Part shown: piece by piece, positions 1 through 10,737 of the stretch
Position numbering within the stretch: position 1 is the stretch's first letter
Layout: each line of letters starts with the position of its first letter
Position numbers and translations under genes: made by a program
Notes under the pieces: generated by a model
What the model was told of the DNA's origin: nothing
What the model saw: only the letters and a program-made list of their open reading frames with translations
Databases searched by the model: none
IMG/VR virus record: IMGVR_UViG_3300020165_000009
Length of the DNA: 64,000 nt
Reading direction: 5' to 3' (one strand)
Origin: a virus

Positions 1-2
1 TG

Positions 3-1760
3 GCTCATCCATTTGACCTACCTCAAGTTAAGACAGGTAAGGATTTAGTGAGCTTCTTCGATAGAGCTGTTAGTTCTATTAAGACAAACCCACCTTCTGT
101 TAAGATTGACGGTGTGAATGCTAGTTTTAGACTCATTGATACACCTGAAGGTAAGGAATTCGCACTCGACAGAGGTAGTATGAAGCCTCTAGACCTTGAA
201 GGTATCACAATCGATAAGCTTGTAGCTAGATTCGGCGAGGGACATGGAATGGTTAATGCAGGCCGTACACTATTGACCATTATGAATGAGTCTATAGATG
301 AAATTACACCCGAACTCAAGCAATTAGGTATGTGGGATAATGCAAATAGATTTTTTAATACAGAGTTCGTGCAAGGTACTACTAATGTACTACAGTATGA
401 TAATGATTTCCTCGCGATCCATGGTATTAACGAGTTCTATCAAGCGACTCCTAAGAGAAGAGCCAGTAAAGAGGTTGAGTACAATCCAAAGGTACTTGAT
501 TCACTTATTGAAAAGCTTGATAAGACTGCAGCAGAATATAATTTTAAAGTATATGGTAGTGTACCTGCCACTTTAACTAAGCAGCCTAACTACGCACACG
601 TGCTTAGTAAGAACTTTAACGTTAATGTAGGTACAGAAAGAATTTCAAAGCCCTTGCGCGATTATTTAAATGATGCTAATAACCCATTCGGGGATAAGAT
701 CACATTACAGGATGGTAAAAAGGTAGGAGCTCTTAGTAAGTTCGTCTATCTACAGATTCTTAACGGTGTACCACTCGATACATTTATAAAAGATGAAGCT
801 GATCACCAAAAGGCTATTGATGGAGCGGCAATATACCACGCTACTAGACTTTTAGGTGACGAGCTGCTAACAACCTTAACATCCGACATGGGTGACGTTA
901 AGTACCACGAAGGTATTGTTATAAGAGACCCAAAATTTCATAGCTCACCAGTCAAGGTTACCGGTGAATTCATTATTGGCGGTATGTCATCACAGTTTAG
1001 AAAAGAAGATGAAGAAGTGACGCCTTACTATTCTAATTACGTCACGGAACCACCAGTCAGAGGAGATTTCTTCGGTAGAGGTCGCTTTAAACAAAGTGTT
1101 GATGCAATAGGTGAGAGCTTTGATGCTGTCTACAACAGTATAATGCTAAGAGAGTTTGAAGAGCCTGACAATGAGCGCGTTGTTGTTATATACCCCGGTA
1201 GATTTCATCCGTTTCATAAGGGTCATTCATCAATATACAATAAATTGACGCAAAAATTTCCTTATGCCGACGTATATATTACTACTTCTGGTAAAACTGA
1301 TGAAGATACATCACCATTTACGTTTGACGAAAAGAAAGAGATGATGATATCAGCTGGTGTCGATGCTGATAAGATCGTTCAAGTAGCATCTCCTTATATT
1401 GCTAAAGAGATAACTGAAAGATATGATGGAGATAATACTAAAATCATCTACGTAGTATCTCAGAAAGATATGGAGGGTTCATCAGCTAGATTCAAATTTG
1501 GCACTAAGCGAGACGGTACACCTAGCTACTTTCAACCTTTTGAGAGTGTAGGTGAGAGTGAGTATATGTCAAAGCACGGCTATGTTGATGTACTACCGAC
1601 TATGGACTTCAAGATTAACGATAGAAGCGTAAGAAGTGCTTCAGAAATCAGAGATATGTATAAGAATGCTGATGATAGTCAAAGAGAAGATCTTATCCAT
1701 AGTTTATACGGTTCTAAGGACCGGAAGATAAAGAATATCTTTGATAATAAGCTAGTTTAA
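3..1760 (+). CDS. DUF6267-like phage protein fused to a C-terminal cytidylyltransferase-like (HIGH-motif nucleotidyltransferase) domain; 5'-truncated by window edge
   Basis: Frame is open back to position 3 (AHPFDLPQVKTGKDLV...KIDGVN); C-terminal part has YPGRFHPFHKGH and SPFTFDEKKEMM, typical of T4-like phage cytidylyltransferases. Confidence 0.65.
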   Translation, partial: AHPFDLPQVKTGKDLVSFFDRAVSSIKTNPPSVKIDGVNASFRLIDTPEGKEFALDRGSMKPLDLEGITIDKLVARFGEGHGMVNAGRTLLTIMNESIDEITPELKQLGMWDNANRFFNTEFVQGTTNVLQYDNDFLAIHGINEFYQATPKRRASKEVEYNPKVLDSLIEKLDKTAAEYNFKVYGSVPATLTKQPNYAHVLSKNFNVNVGTERISKPLRDYLNDANNPFGDKITLQDGKKVGALSKFVYLQILNGVPLDTFIKDEADHQKAIDGAAIYHATRLLGDELLTTLTSDMGDVKYHEGIVIRDPKFHSSPVKVTGEFIIGGMSSQFRKEDEEVTPYYSNYVTEPPVRGDFFGRGRFKQSVDAIGESFDAVYNSIMLREFEEPDNERVVVIYPGRFHPFHKGHSSIYNKLTQKFPYADVYITTSGKTDEDTSPFTFDEKKEMMISAGVDADKIVQVASPYIAKEITERYDGDNTKIIYVVSQKDMEGSSARFKFGTKRDGTPSYFQPFESVGESEYMSKHGYVDVLPTMDFKINDRSVRSASEIRDMYKNADDSQREDLIHSLYGSKDRKIKNIFDNKLV

Positions 1761-2068
1761 ATTTTTTCTATTGAAGCAATGTTTGCGTAATATGGTGTAT
1801 TACTTAACACTACTTTGACTTCATCACCGGGCTTGAAGTCTTTACTGAGCTTAGGATCAAAACCAAACTCATCTTTCATTCCCCATTTGGTTTTAGCATC
1901 GTGACCCTTAAAAGTCATAACCCATACTTTACCAAATCTACCAGGTGATCTTTGAGTTTGGTAAACATCGGAAATTGTAAGGTCTAGTTCTTCTCCGATA
2001 TTATTCGCGAGAACATCATCATAAATAACAGCACTGCTCTCTTCAAAATATTGTTTAAATTTTATCAT
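1757..2068 (-). CDS. Hypothetical protein with capsid-targeting-like N-terminus (MIKFKQYFEE)
   Basis: Start moved to ATG at 2068, just after the stop of the upstream gene; leader resembles T4 internal-protein CTS. Confidence 0.55.
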   Translation of the reverse strand: MIKFKQYFEESSAVIYDDVLANNIGEELDLTISDVYQTQRSPGRFGKVWVMTFKGHDAKTKWGMKDEFGFDPKLSKDFKPGDEVKVVLSNTPYYANIASIEKI

Positions 2069-2072
2069 ATAA

Positions 2073-2732
2073 CTAAGCTCCTTCGAATCCTGTATCTCTA
2101 GCGGCGGGGTCTTCACTGATATCATCGAACTTCAAAGTCCTGATACCTCCATCTTCATCCTCTGCATCTTCTACTTGCTCATGATTATCCTGATAATCGA
2201 GGTGGTGGAATACTGAAGAGAGATAATCTGATGCCTTTGTAATTTTTGCTGCAACCCAACCATCTAGAGAGTCTACATTGGCTATATGGTCGAATAATTT
2301 CGATGAATATTCAGCGGCTTTAAGTAGGTCAGCTCTCGCCATATCAACCTCACCATCATAATCGTCCTGGTCGTGGTCGTGATCACAGTCATCATCTATC
2401 TCACCAGCTTGTATATATACTGTCTCATCTTCAGCAACACCACGAACATTTGGTATATGACGTACCCGTGAATGGGGCGTAGTACTACCAATTGATGTTA
2501 CTCTAATCATAGAGGGTGTACCGTGACCTAAACCAAGATCGTCCTCTTCAGGAATCTCTTCATCATTAGGATTGACATAAGTCGGGTCTGATCTAAACTT
2601 CGGACCACCTCTACCATCTGAATCTGCATCTCCTTTACGGAGATGACCGCCCTTTGTATAGTGTTTACCTTTTGGAGCTTCTTTTGCTTCCATGTACGCC
2701 TCATATATGAGTTCAGATTCTACCTTAGCCAT
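2073..2732 (-). CDS. Acidic hypothetical late protein, probable internal head protein
   Basis: TATAAATA late promoter 5 nt before ATG; LIYEAY leader; C-terminal MARADL...WVAAKITKASDYL motif recalled from T4-like phage proteins. Confidence 0.6.
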   Translation of the reverse strand: MAKVESELIYEAYMEAKEAPKGKHYTKGGHLRKGDADSDGRGGPKFRSDPTYVNPNDEEIPEEDDLGLGHGTPSMIRVTSIGSTTPHSRVRHIPNVRGVAEDETVYIQAGEIDDDCDHDHDQDDYDGEVDMARADLLKAAEYSSKLFDHIANVDSLDGWVAAKITKASDYLSSVFHHLDYQDNHEQVEDAEDEDGGIRTLKFDDISEDPAARDTGFEGA

Positions 2733-2764
2733 AATAATATTTATACTATGTATTAAATAATTAT

Positions 2765-3190
2765 ATGGAATTTGATAAGTTATATAACCAGCTCATGGAA
2801 TCCTTACAAGAGGATGCAAAGAAGTGTTGGGACGGGTATGAAAAGGTTCCGGGTATTCCGCGTAGTAAGCAAGGCTCATGCAAGAAAAAAACTGAAGGTG
2901 AAGAAGTACCTGAAGAAGATGCTGAGTATAGAGGCAGGAAGGTAACTCTTAATAAGCCCACCAGAGGTGATGTTAAGAAGTTTAAGGTATATGTAAAGGA
3001 TCCTAAGACTGGTAACGTTAAGAAGGTTAATTTCGGACATGGTGGTACGTCTGCTAAGAAGAGAGGTGAGAAGACAATGAAGATTCGTAAGAGTAATCCA
3101 AAGGCTCGTAAATCTTTTAGAGCTAGACACAAGTGTGATCAAAAAAAAGATAGAACCACTGCAGGTTACTGGTCATGTAAGAAGTGGTAA
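2765..3190 (+). CDS. DUF6321-like basic phage protein
   Basis: VTLNKP-RGDVKKFKVYV-GNVKKVNFG-RKSFRARHKC-AGYWSC motifs; TAAATA just upstream. Confidence 0.65.
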   Translation: MEFDKLYNQLMESLQEDAKKCWDGYEKVPGIPRSKQGSCKKKTEGEEVPEEDAEYRGRKVTLNKPTRGDVKKFKVYVKDPKTGNVKKVNFGHGGTSAKKRGEKTMKIRKSNPKARKSFRARHKCDQKKDRTTAGYWSCKKW

Positions 3191-3224
3191 TAGAGTATAA
3201 AGCTATATATTAAATAATTATACG

Positions 3225-4112
3225 ATGAGTATTAAGACAACCATAAATACCCCAGAAAATACTCTCAACTACATGAAGTATGTTGAGATTGAAAATGATA
3301 CTCGCTACCCAGCAGTAACTGGTGGATCGGGTCAAGATGTTTTTAATAAGTCTGCAATTTTAGTACAGCAAATCGACCCGCTCGGGTTAGATATCGGTGG
3401 TCAATCAGGTACTGATTATGTTGAAAAATTTGGTGCTAATTTAGAACTTGGGAATAACTTAGAAACTATATGGGAGACAGGTGGTCTATATACCTTTTTA
3501 ACTACTGCTGGTCCAATTTCAGCGGTAAGTACAGATGCTACAGATAATCAAGCGGGTACAGGAGCACGTGAGATAGAAATTTTAGGTCTTGATGAGAATT
3601 ATGAAACTATAACTGAGCTGATTTCAACTAATGCGACTGATGGCCGGAATGGTGGTCCTGTATCTACTCAAAACTTTTTAAGACTCTACAGAGCTAGAGT
3701 AACTAAAGCAGGTTCAACTGGTACCAATGATAGTGTTATAACGATGAAATCAGGTGGTATAACGGTAGTTACAATAGGCACGCATGGTACCGGTGCCAAT
3801 GAAGAAGGTTTTGGTCAATCACAGACAGGAGTATACACTATACCTGCAGGTAAGACGGGGTATTTAACGCAGTGGACCATGGGATGTAGCCGATATAATG
3901 AAGGGGTAAATGCCTTTATTTATGTAAGACCAATTAACGGGAATGGTACTACATCTATATTAGATAATGTCTTCTTTATCGGTAATACAATAAAAGATTA
4001 TAAAGTACCACTACCTCTAGAGGAAAAAACCGATATCGAAATCAGAGCATATAACGGCGCAACTGGCATACCTGTCAACACTACGTTTAATATAATCTTA
4101 GTAGCTAATTAG
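3225..4112 (+). CDS. Putative virion structural protein (beta-rich, G/T-rich)
   Basis: Late TAAATA promoter; KFGAN...ETIWETGG and GFGQSQTGVYTIPAGKTGYL motifs resemble marine phage structural proteins. Confidence 0.5.
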   Translation: MSIKTTINTPENTLNYMKYVEIENDTRYPAVTGGSGQDVFNKSAILVQQIDPLGLDIGGQSGTDYVEKFGANLELGNNLETIWETGGLYTFLTTAGPISAVSTDATDNQAGTGAREIEILGLDENYETITELISTNATDGRNGGPVSTQNFLRLYRARVTKAGSTGTNDSVITMKSGGITVVTIGTHGTGANEEGFGQSQTGVYTIPAGKTGYLTQWTMGCSRYNEGVNAFIYVRPINGNGTTSILDNVFFIGNTIKDYKVPLPLEEKTDIEIRAYNGATGIPVNTTFNIILVAN

Positions 4113-4150
4113 GTTAGTTGTGAAAAAGAAAGAAGTAAATAAATAATCTT

Positions 4151-4735
4151 ATGAGTGGAGTTGTACCAAGAGCAGGCCAAGTAAGTATATCGTGCATCAA
4201 TTCGGTAAGAAGGTGCAAGACTAATCAGCAATCCCGTATTGTCGAAAATCCAAATACTTACGCTACCGGTAGTCAAAACTTCTATAGAAATCGGGCTGCC
4301 ATGCGCGGGTTTAATGGAGAAGATAACGGTCTGTATTTTTCTGAATTTAGAGGTGCTCAAGTACTGACAGCTTGTATTCGTACATTCCCTGAAAGTAACG
4401 GAGGTACATATGGTACCATCAATGATGGTCGGATTCAGGCGTGTATTAGACCTGATACTATCAACACAGACGGTGGTAATAGGTATTATGGTTACCGGAT
4501 CAACGGCTCTGGTCCGTTTCAAATATGTACAAACAATAATGTTAAAACGTGGACCGGTTTAGAGGGCGGTGGTACAGGAGCTGGAGGTACTGCAAGTGGT
4601 GGATTTAGAGACTATTGTGTCGAGCTGAAAGATAATACATTAGGTGCAAATATTAGACAAACTGCTCGCGTTACTTATGCTGGTGGTCAGAATCTATACG
4701 GGTGCGTGCAGAATCAAGATAATCTTAGCGTCTAG
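4151..4735 (+). CDS. Putative tail-fibre tip adhesin (gp38-like), Gly/Cys-rich
   Basis: N-terminal VPRAGQVSIS...FSEFRGA motif, GGGTGAGGTASGG run, late promoter, followed by a chaperone-like gene. Confidence 0.45.
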   Translation: MSGVVPRAGQVSISCINSVRRCKTNQQSRIVENPNTYATGSQNFYRNRAAMRGFNGEDNGLYFSEFRGAQVLTACIRTFPESNGGTYGTINDGRIQACIRPDTINTDGGNRYYGYRINGSGPFQICTNNNVKTWTGLEGGGTGAGGTASGGFRDYCVELKDNTLGANIRQTARVTYAGGQNLYGCVQNQDNLSV

Positions 4736-4783
4736 TGAAGTGGCTTTATGTTGATGTTTTAAGCGACAGTACTAAATAACCGT

Positions 4784-5674
4784 ATGCACTTTGAATATGT
4801 ATTACAGGAAGTAAGCAAGCGCTTTTTATATACTATAAATTACACGGATGATTCCGGAGAACGGTTATACGCGCTAGTAACAACATCACCTGATATAGCT
4901 CCGGAGGAGGTGGTGTCTGAAGTACACAGCATTACAGAACTCAAGGAATTTGTCTTTTGGGATTTGTTTAGGAAAAAAATATTACGCCTGCCTACTGCGG
5001 AAGGTGATATTAGTTTCACCTTCCATAATTTGCACCTATTACCTGGTGATGATGTCGCTGAGCTTCTAAACATCACGGATCAGCAGATCATAGATGAGCA
5101 TAATAAAGAAATTATTAATATACACAATAAGCGACGTCAGGTCATTATAGATATACAAACTGAATTAAGTGCTGAGTATAATATGGTATTTACAGAAGAA
5201 GATACAATGTGCTATATAAATCTTATTAATACACACCGATTTGCGGAGTTCGAGCCAGGTAGGCATGCATACCTGATCAAGTTGTGTATGCTACTCAAAA
5301 GCACACCCTATAAGCTCCTAAGAGGGCCGATGGATATGCAGGATTTTGAGAGAGCAAAAGATCAGTGGTTATTTGTAATTAAGAGTCATGTTGAAAAAGC
5401 TAAGGCTCAGCTCGATAATGAGGCTGCCTCACTAGACGGTAAAGCAGATACATATGAATACGATTTAGAAGAGATTGAAATTATAAAAAACTTACTTGAT
5501 GAGATTCCCGAGGAGTTTAGAGATGACCTAGATGAGTGCACAACATATAAAGACCTGCTCGAAGCATGGCCACCGCTATTACTACCAGCGCCACAGTTTA
5601 TTATTGATCCAAAAACGGGAGTAAATGTTTTCGCAGCACTCGAAAAACAGATCGAATGGAAGCTTTATGATTGA
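4784..5674 (+). CDS. Hypothetical protein; C-terminus resembles tail-fibre assembly chaperones
   Basis: Ends ...KDLLEAWPPLLLPAP; similar to the C-terminus of 10730..11107. Confidence 0.45.
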   Translation: MHFEYVLQEVSKRFLYTINYTDDSGERLYALVTTSPDIAPEEVVSEVHSITELKEFVFWDLFRKKILRLPTAEGDISFTFHNLHLLPGDDVAELLNITDQQIIDEHNKEIINIHNKRRQVIIDIQTELSAEYNMVFTEEDTMCYINLINTHRFAEFEPGRHAYLIKLCMLLKSTPYKLLRGPMDMQDFERAKDQWLFVIKSHVEKAKAQLDNEAASLDGKADTYEYDLEEIEIIKNLLDEIPEEFRDDLDECTTYKDLLEAWPPLLLPAPQFIIDPKTGVNVFAALEKQIEWKLYD

Positions 5675-6539
5675 TCTATCTAAGAACATACACTATGATG
5701 AGATTTTTTTAGGTCAACTTCAAATATGTTTGAGTAGCCTTAATATTGGTAGTAATGGGCTGCTGAGGGATGATGGTGTTATAGATATTATATCTAGCTA
5801 CTATAATATTGATAAGAAAAATTTATCGATAGGTTTTGGCTCTGGGGATGTATTGAAGAGGATTATAGATTTACCAGAAGTAGATCACTTATATGTTGTT
5901 GAACCGACGTTTAGAGGTGCGATGGTATACGCTCGTAATAAAGGCATATCATACAGACCGTTACATTACACTACATTTAACGAAGTACAACTATCATCAC
6001 TCCCCACCAATGGTATTATTTATATAGCAAACCCGAACGGTAATAACGGTCACAGTTTTAAAAGAGAAGACCTACTCGCGATCATTAAACGTAGTAAGTT
6101 AACTATCCTAGATGAAGCGTACATTGAGTTTGGTGGTGAGTCACTTATAACTAATGTAAGTGATAAGTTAATAGTATTGAGAACATTTAGTAAGAGTTTA
6201 GGTATGCCTGGTATTAGGTGCGGTTTTGCAGTATCATCAGAGTCAAATATTAATAAGCTAAGAAAACGTGATTTACTGTATAACTCTACAAGTTTAGCAT
6301 ATCATATCTTAAACGAAAAAATTGATCAGATACCGCTAATTGTTGATAGAATGAAGCAAGGTAAGGATTTTTTACAACAGAATTTTAATCATATAAAATC
6401 TGATGGTAATTATGTTTTATTGGATACTAAGTATGCCGATACATTTAGTAAATTTTGTAAATTCTCCACGCGCGGCGATTACTTGAGGATAGCATTAACA
6501 AATAAAAGATTATTAAAGGAATGTCTACGGATGGGTTAA
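5667..6539 (+). CDS. PLP-dependent class I/II aminotransferase (HisC/CobD-like)
   Basis: YIANPNGNNG, ILDEAYIEF, LRTFSKSLGMPGIRCG (PLP lysine motif); start refined to MIDLSK. Confidence 0.85.
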   Translation: MIDLSKNIHYDEIFLGQLQICLSSLNIGSNGLLRDDGVIDIISSYYNIDKKNLSIGFGSGDVLKRIIDLPEVDHLYVVEPTFRGAMVYARNKGISYRPLHYTTFNEVQLSSLPTNGIIYIANPNGNNGHSFKREDLLAIIKRSKLTILDEAYIEFGGESLITNVSDKLIVLRTFSKSLGMPGIRCGFAVSSESNINKLRKRDLLYNSTSLAYHILNEKIDQIPLIVDRMKQGKDFLQQNFNHIKSDGNYVLLDTKYADTFSKFCKFSTRGDYLRIALTNKRLLKECLRMG

Positions 6540-7378
6540 ATATATCTGATCATAGGGATGCTCAATCTAATATAGATAAAGCTAGTAATATATACTCTAT
6601 GCTACGTGCTGTTGAGATTAACCCAACTGAGCTATGTAACCGGCGGTGCTCATTTTGCCCTAGACATGATTCTAAACTATATCCAAACACTAATAACCAT
6701 ATAAGTGTAGATACAGTTAAGAGTCTATGTAACAGCTTAAGAGATATTAATTTTAATAATAGAGTAGGGTTCGTTGGTTTTGGTGAGCCTTTATTACATG
6801 AAGATATATACGAATGTATCCGAGTCACTAGAGATATACTACCTGGTCTAAAGTGGCTAGAGATTAATACGAACGGCGATTTATTAGATAGAGAGACCTT
6901 AGAGAACCTTCATACAGCAGGTTGCTCTCACATTGCAGTAAGTATGTACGACGAGGATATAACTGATAGACTAACAGCGATGAAGGAGGATATACCTATT
7001 AATTTCATATTCAGACATCACTACGATAAGAGTAATAATTATAATCTGAATATAGTTAATAGGTCAGAATTACTAAAAGGCGATGCCACAGCTTATTTCG
7101 ATACACCGTGCCATATTCCATTTTATAAAGCCATGATTGATTGGAATGGCGATGTATTGTTATGTAATAATGATTGGAAGAGAAGTAAAATATATGGCAA
7201 TATAAACGAAGTAAGTTTTGATAAAATTTGGTTTGGTGATGAGTTGAATGCTCATAGAGATAAGCTGATGTGTAGTAGATCGCATTGCGATCCATGTAAG
7301 AACTGCTCTGTTGGTGGATTATTAAGAGGAGCTGAATCAATAGAGGTGTATACCGAATATCATGAAAGAGTGCATTAA
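6521..7378 (+). CDS. Radical SAM/SPASM(twitch) protein, BtrN-like
   Basis: CNRRCSFC, FGEPLL, NTNG, C-terminal C-x-x-PF...NGDVLLC...CxxC. Confidence 0.9.
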   Translation: MSTDGLNISDHRDAQSNIDKASNIYSMLRAVEINPTELCNRRCSFCPRHDSKLYPNTNNHISVDTVKSLCNSLRDINFNNRVGFVGFGEPLLHEDIYECIRVTRDILPGLKWLEINTNGDLLDRETLENLHTAGCSHIAVSMYDEDITDRLTAMKEDIPINFIFRHHYDKSNNYNLNIVNRSELLKGDATAYFDTPCHIPFYKAMIDWNGDVLLCNNDWKRSKIYGNINEVSFDKIWFGDELNAHRDKLMCSRSHCDPCKNCSVGGLLRGAESIEVYTEYHERVH

Positions 7379-8045
7379 TATTTTTATCGGGTTAGATGAA
7401 GCGCATCCCGAAGCATATGATGTATGTCGTGAAAGCATATTAAAAGGTAATAAGAAGTATGAGCTTAATATTAAACCTATTAATTATAATACTGTTTCAG
7501 ACTATTACAGAGCTAGGAATGAAACAGAATCTACTCAATTCTCGTTCGCTCGTTTCTGGACTCCATGGGAAAGCAACCGAACAGGGGTAAGTATATTTGT
7601 GGATAGCGATTTCGTCTTCTTGGAGTCCATAGATAATCTTATTGATCTATATGATGATCGATATGCTGTAATGTGTTGTAAGCATAAAGATTACGAACCT
7701 AAAGGCGACGTTAAGATGGGAGGTAAATTACAATCTAAGTACCCGAGGAAGAATTGGAGTAGTTTAATTATTTTTAACAATTCATATCTAGCAAACGATG
7801 CATTATGTCCTATATTTTTAAATACATATACAGGTGCACACTTGCATAGATTCGAATGGCTTCAAGATAGTGAAATTGGCTCAATACCTGTGGAGTGGAA
7901 CTGGCTAGTTGATTACTATACGGAGACAGAGAGCTTCAAACCCAAAGCCCTCCATTATACTGATGGTGGTCCGTGGTTGAACCAACATAAGAACTGCTCC
8001 TATAATAAGATTTGGAAAGCAATACATAATGAGATATCTAGATAA
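7362..8045 (+). CDS. Glycosyltransferase (GT8-like)
   Basis: STQFSFARF, FVDSDF (DxD), YPRKNWSS, WNWLV, HYTDGGPW. Confidence 0.85.
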   Translation: MKECINIFIGLDEAHPEAYDVCRESILKGNKKYELNIKPINYNTVSDYYRARNETESTQFSFARFWTPWESNRTGVSIFVDSDFVFLESIDNLIDLYDDRYAVMCCKHKDYEPKGDVKMGGKLQSKYPRKNWSSLIIFNNSYLANDALCPIFLNTYTGAHLHRFEWLQDSEIGSIPVEWNWLVDYYTETESFKPKALHYTDGGPWLNQHKNCSYNKIWKAIHNEISR

Positions 8046-8973
8046 TTTTTTAAATAACCATGATAGAGAAGTAGATGAGGGTGCATTTAAACCCCACACT
8101 CTTAATGAGAAATTTGGTAAGATGGTTAATATGCAGACTATTTTTAATTGTAACCTGAATTGCTGTTTTTGTAGAGGATCTATACCTAATATAAAGGAAT
8201 TATCAAGGGTAAAGACAATGACGCAAACTAATTTCGAGATATTTGTTAATAAATTTGCTGATTATGGTATAAAGTATATTGAGTTAACACCGGCGATTGG
8301 TGAGCCTTTTTTAGATAAGGAGTTTGATAAAAAGCTAAAATATTTAGAATCAAAAAAAGAGATTGATCATTATCTCGTAACGACTAACTTAACAATACTT
8401 CAGCCTAAGCATTTCGAATTACTTAAGAACTTAAAAAAACTTATTTTAACGGTATCATTATACGGGTACGATAGCGAGTCTTTTAGCGCAAATACCAATA
8501 AAGATAACTTTAAGGTGTTTGAAGAAAAATTTAATACCTTATTTGATACCCTAAATGAAGGTGTTGATTTTTTAGTTGAAATAAACATAAGATGTGGTCG
8601 ACACTTAACTGAATTTCCTAAGAACGATCTCTATATTAAGCTTTTACGACTTAATAAGTTAAAGAACGTTAAAATAAATCAAGAGGATATATACAACCAT
8701 AATAGAGGAGATAATTTAAAGGATTTCGAAACGGAAAAGAGGCCTAGGTCAGGTATTTGCCCCTTCGGACCAGGTGTAGGTGGAGGTGTTTTACCTAATG
8801 GTGATTTTCTATTCTGCCCGTTTAATGATCTTAATAATACCGGTGTTGTTGGTAATCTTTTTAAACAGTCCTTAGAGGAAATATATAATAGTGACGGTTG
8901 GAAGAGAGTTGTTACTGAGCATAAGCAAGATAAATATACAGGTATATGCGAGAATTGTACAGAGACCTGGTAG
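8029..8973 (+). CDS. Radical SAM/SPASM protein
   Basis: CNLNCCFC, GEPFL, NGDFLFC, C-terminal CENC. Confidence 0.85.
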   Translation: MRYLDNFLNNHDREVDEGAFKPHTLNEKFGKMVNMQTIFNCNLNCCFCRGSIPNIKELSRVKTMTQTNFEIFVNKFADYGIKYIELTPAIGEPFLDKEFDKKLKYLESKKEIDHYLVTTNLTILQPKHFELLKNLKKLILTVSLYGYDSESFSANTNKDNFKVFEEKFNTLFDTLNEGVDFLVEINIRCGRHLTEFPKNDLYIKLLRLNKLKNVKINQEDIYNHNRGDNLKDFETEKRPRSGICPFGPGVGGGVLPNGDFLFCPFNDLNNTGVVGNLFKQSLEEIYNSDGWKRVVTEHKQDKYTGICENCTETW

Positions 8974-9755
8974 GTAAAGATGTAATTACCTTTACATCAG
9001 ATAAAAACTACATACCGTTCGCAAAAATATTAGTCAATTCAATTCAAAAAAATTCTCCAAACGTAGAAATTGTTGGGAGATTTGTCAATTGCGAAGACGA
9101 AGATCTAGCTTGTTTTGATAGCATTAGTATTATTTCAGATAAAACAGAACTATCCACGGTACGTAATTTAAAAACAAAAGAGGGTCTGTACGCGGTAGAT
9201 AAAGAGGATCTTGTTCTTAAAAATAAAACTACGATTAAACCGCTGAGATTGTTCTATAGCGAGCTTATAGCTTATTGCTCAAATATAAAATTTGATACCT
9301 TGAAGAGGCTGCTTAAACTTCAGGTAGGGAGTGTAATTTATCTTGACGTTGACTCAATAGTAAGAGGCGAAGTATATAGACTATTTGCTGATTTAAGTAA
9401 ACATGACTTTTGCTTTTTCAAAGATAAGCCATATAGCGAGCAATTAGATACTAAAAGACTTATTGATGAGGATTTTTTGTATCACGGTGGATTAATAGGT
9501 GTCCATAATAATAAAGATACACGAGATATAATTAAATGGGCTTGTAGTGTTGTTAATGCAGAAATTTTTGACTGGGATGTGGATGAGAGAATAATTACTG
9601 AGTTCTTAGAGTTATCTAAAAGTATAAAGAATATAGATAAAAAATATAAAGACGAGGATTTAGAGAGTGGTTCTATAATTTGGTCTGGTTCCGGGAATAC
9701 AAAATTTACGCACGACAGATATATAGAAGAATGTAAAAAGTATGGTGATCTATAA
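8946..9755 (+). CDS. Glycosyltransferase, GT-A fold (GT8/GT77-like)
   Basis: N-terminal FTSDKNYI, YLDVDSIV DxD motif; paralogous to 16125..16889 (both end with WSG). Confidence 0.7.
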   Translation: MRELYRDLVGKDVITFTSDKNYIPFAKILVNSIQKNSPNVEIVGRFVNCEDEDLACFDSISIISDKTELSTVRNLKTKEGLYAVDKEDLVLKNKTTIKPLRLFYSELIAYCSNIKFDTLKRLLKLQVGSVIYLDVDSIVRGEVYRLFADLSKHDFCFFKDKPYSEQLDTKRLIDEDFLYHGGLIGVHNNKDTRDIIKWACSVVNAEIFDWDVDERIITEFLELSKSIKNIDKKYKDEDLESGSIIWSGSGNTKFTHDRYIEECKKYGDL

Positions 9756-10737
9756 TAAACATAGCTATCTCCCGAAATATTATGAAACATTACCGGACGA
9801 TGAGGTATCTACTTTTTTAAAGTTTCATCATTGTCATTTAAATTTTTTAAAAACCAGGAATTATATTAAAGGTTTAAATTTACATGAACTCACTCTAGAT
9901 AGTTTAGTAGACTATCTTTATTCTGAGTTATATAAAGAAAAATTTAAAAAGAGTGATATTGTAAGGAACGGTTATCGTATAAATTGCAAGCAATACACGA
10001 AACTAAAAAAGAATAACTTCAAAATAGAGTATAGCTCTGTGCCGCGTTTTGATTATGGTACCGGAGCGTTTAAAGTGAAGGTAGGTGATATTAAGACAGC
10101 AGTATTAGACCCGAACATTGTTAATATTGGTAAGCGAACACTTGTTATATATTTCCGTGGGCCGTGGAGAGATTTGGAAAATACAGCTAGTATGGATATA
10201 TTTCATACTATTTTAATTTATAAAATTATTGAAAAATACATAGATAATAATAATTTTAAATATTTTAATAATATTTTAATCGTCAGAGCAGCGCCACTGC
10301 ATGAAAGATTTGAAATATTTGATGATTTAAAACTTAATCATAGTTTTGAAACAGGGAATAATTTTATTACTCAGACTTGCTTATATTCTAATACACTACA
10401 TTTTAATGGCGGTGCTTTACCGGATTTAAATTCATATACTATACCTATAATATCAAAACAGTTTATTCATTTTAATAATTCTAATATTAAAGGCGTGGAT
10501 CGCGATCTTGTTTTAGACGCGATATATCCTGAAATACAGTATAAGGGCAACATAAAAAATTACAGCGAAGATCCAGAACTTTATTACGGTGGTAAAGCTT
10601 CTTGCTGGCGCGATGTTTGTTCAAATAATACAAATCTAAAAATTATTGAAAACTGCGCGGCATCAAATATATTAAACCTGGTCACCAATGTTATAGGCAA
10701 TATATACAAGCTAGAAAATAAGATAGATAATGAATGA
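9742..10737 (+). CDS. Hypothetical protein in modification island
   Basis: 331-aa ORF overlapping both neighbours; no motif recognised. Confidence 0.5.
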   Translation: MVIYNKHSYLPKYYETLPDDEVSTFLKFHHCHLNFLKTRNYIKGLNLHELTLDSLVDYLYSELYKEKFKKSDIVRNGYRINCKQYTKLKKNNFKIEYSSVPRFDYGTGAFKVKVGDIKTAVLDPNIVNIGKRTLVIYFRGPWRDLENTASMDIFHTILIYKIIEKYIDNNNFKYFNNILIVRAAPLHERFEIFDDLKLNHSFETGNNFITQTCLYSNTLHFNGGALPDLNSYTIPIISKQFIHFNNSNIKGVDRDLVLDAIYPEIQYKGNIKNYSEDPELYYGGKASCWRDVCSNNTNLKIIENCAASNILNLVTNVIGNIYKLENKIDNE

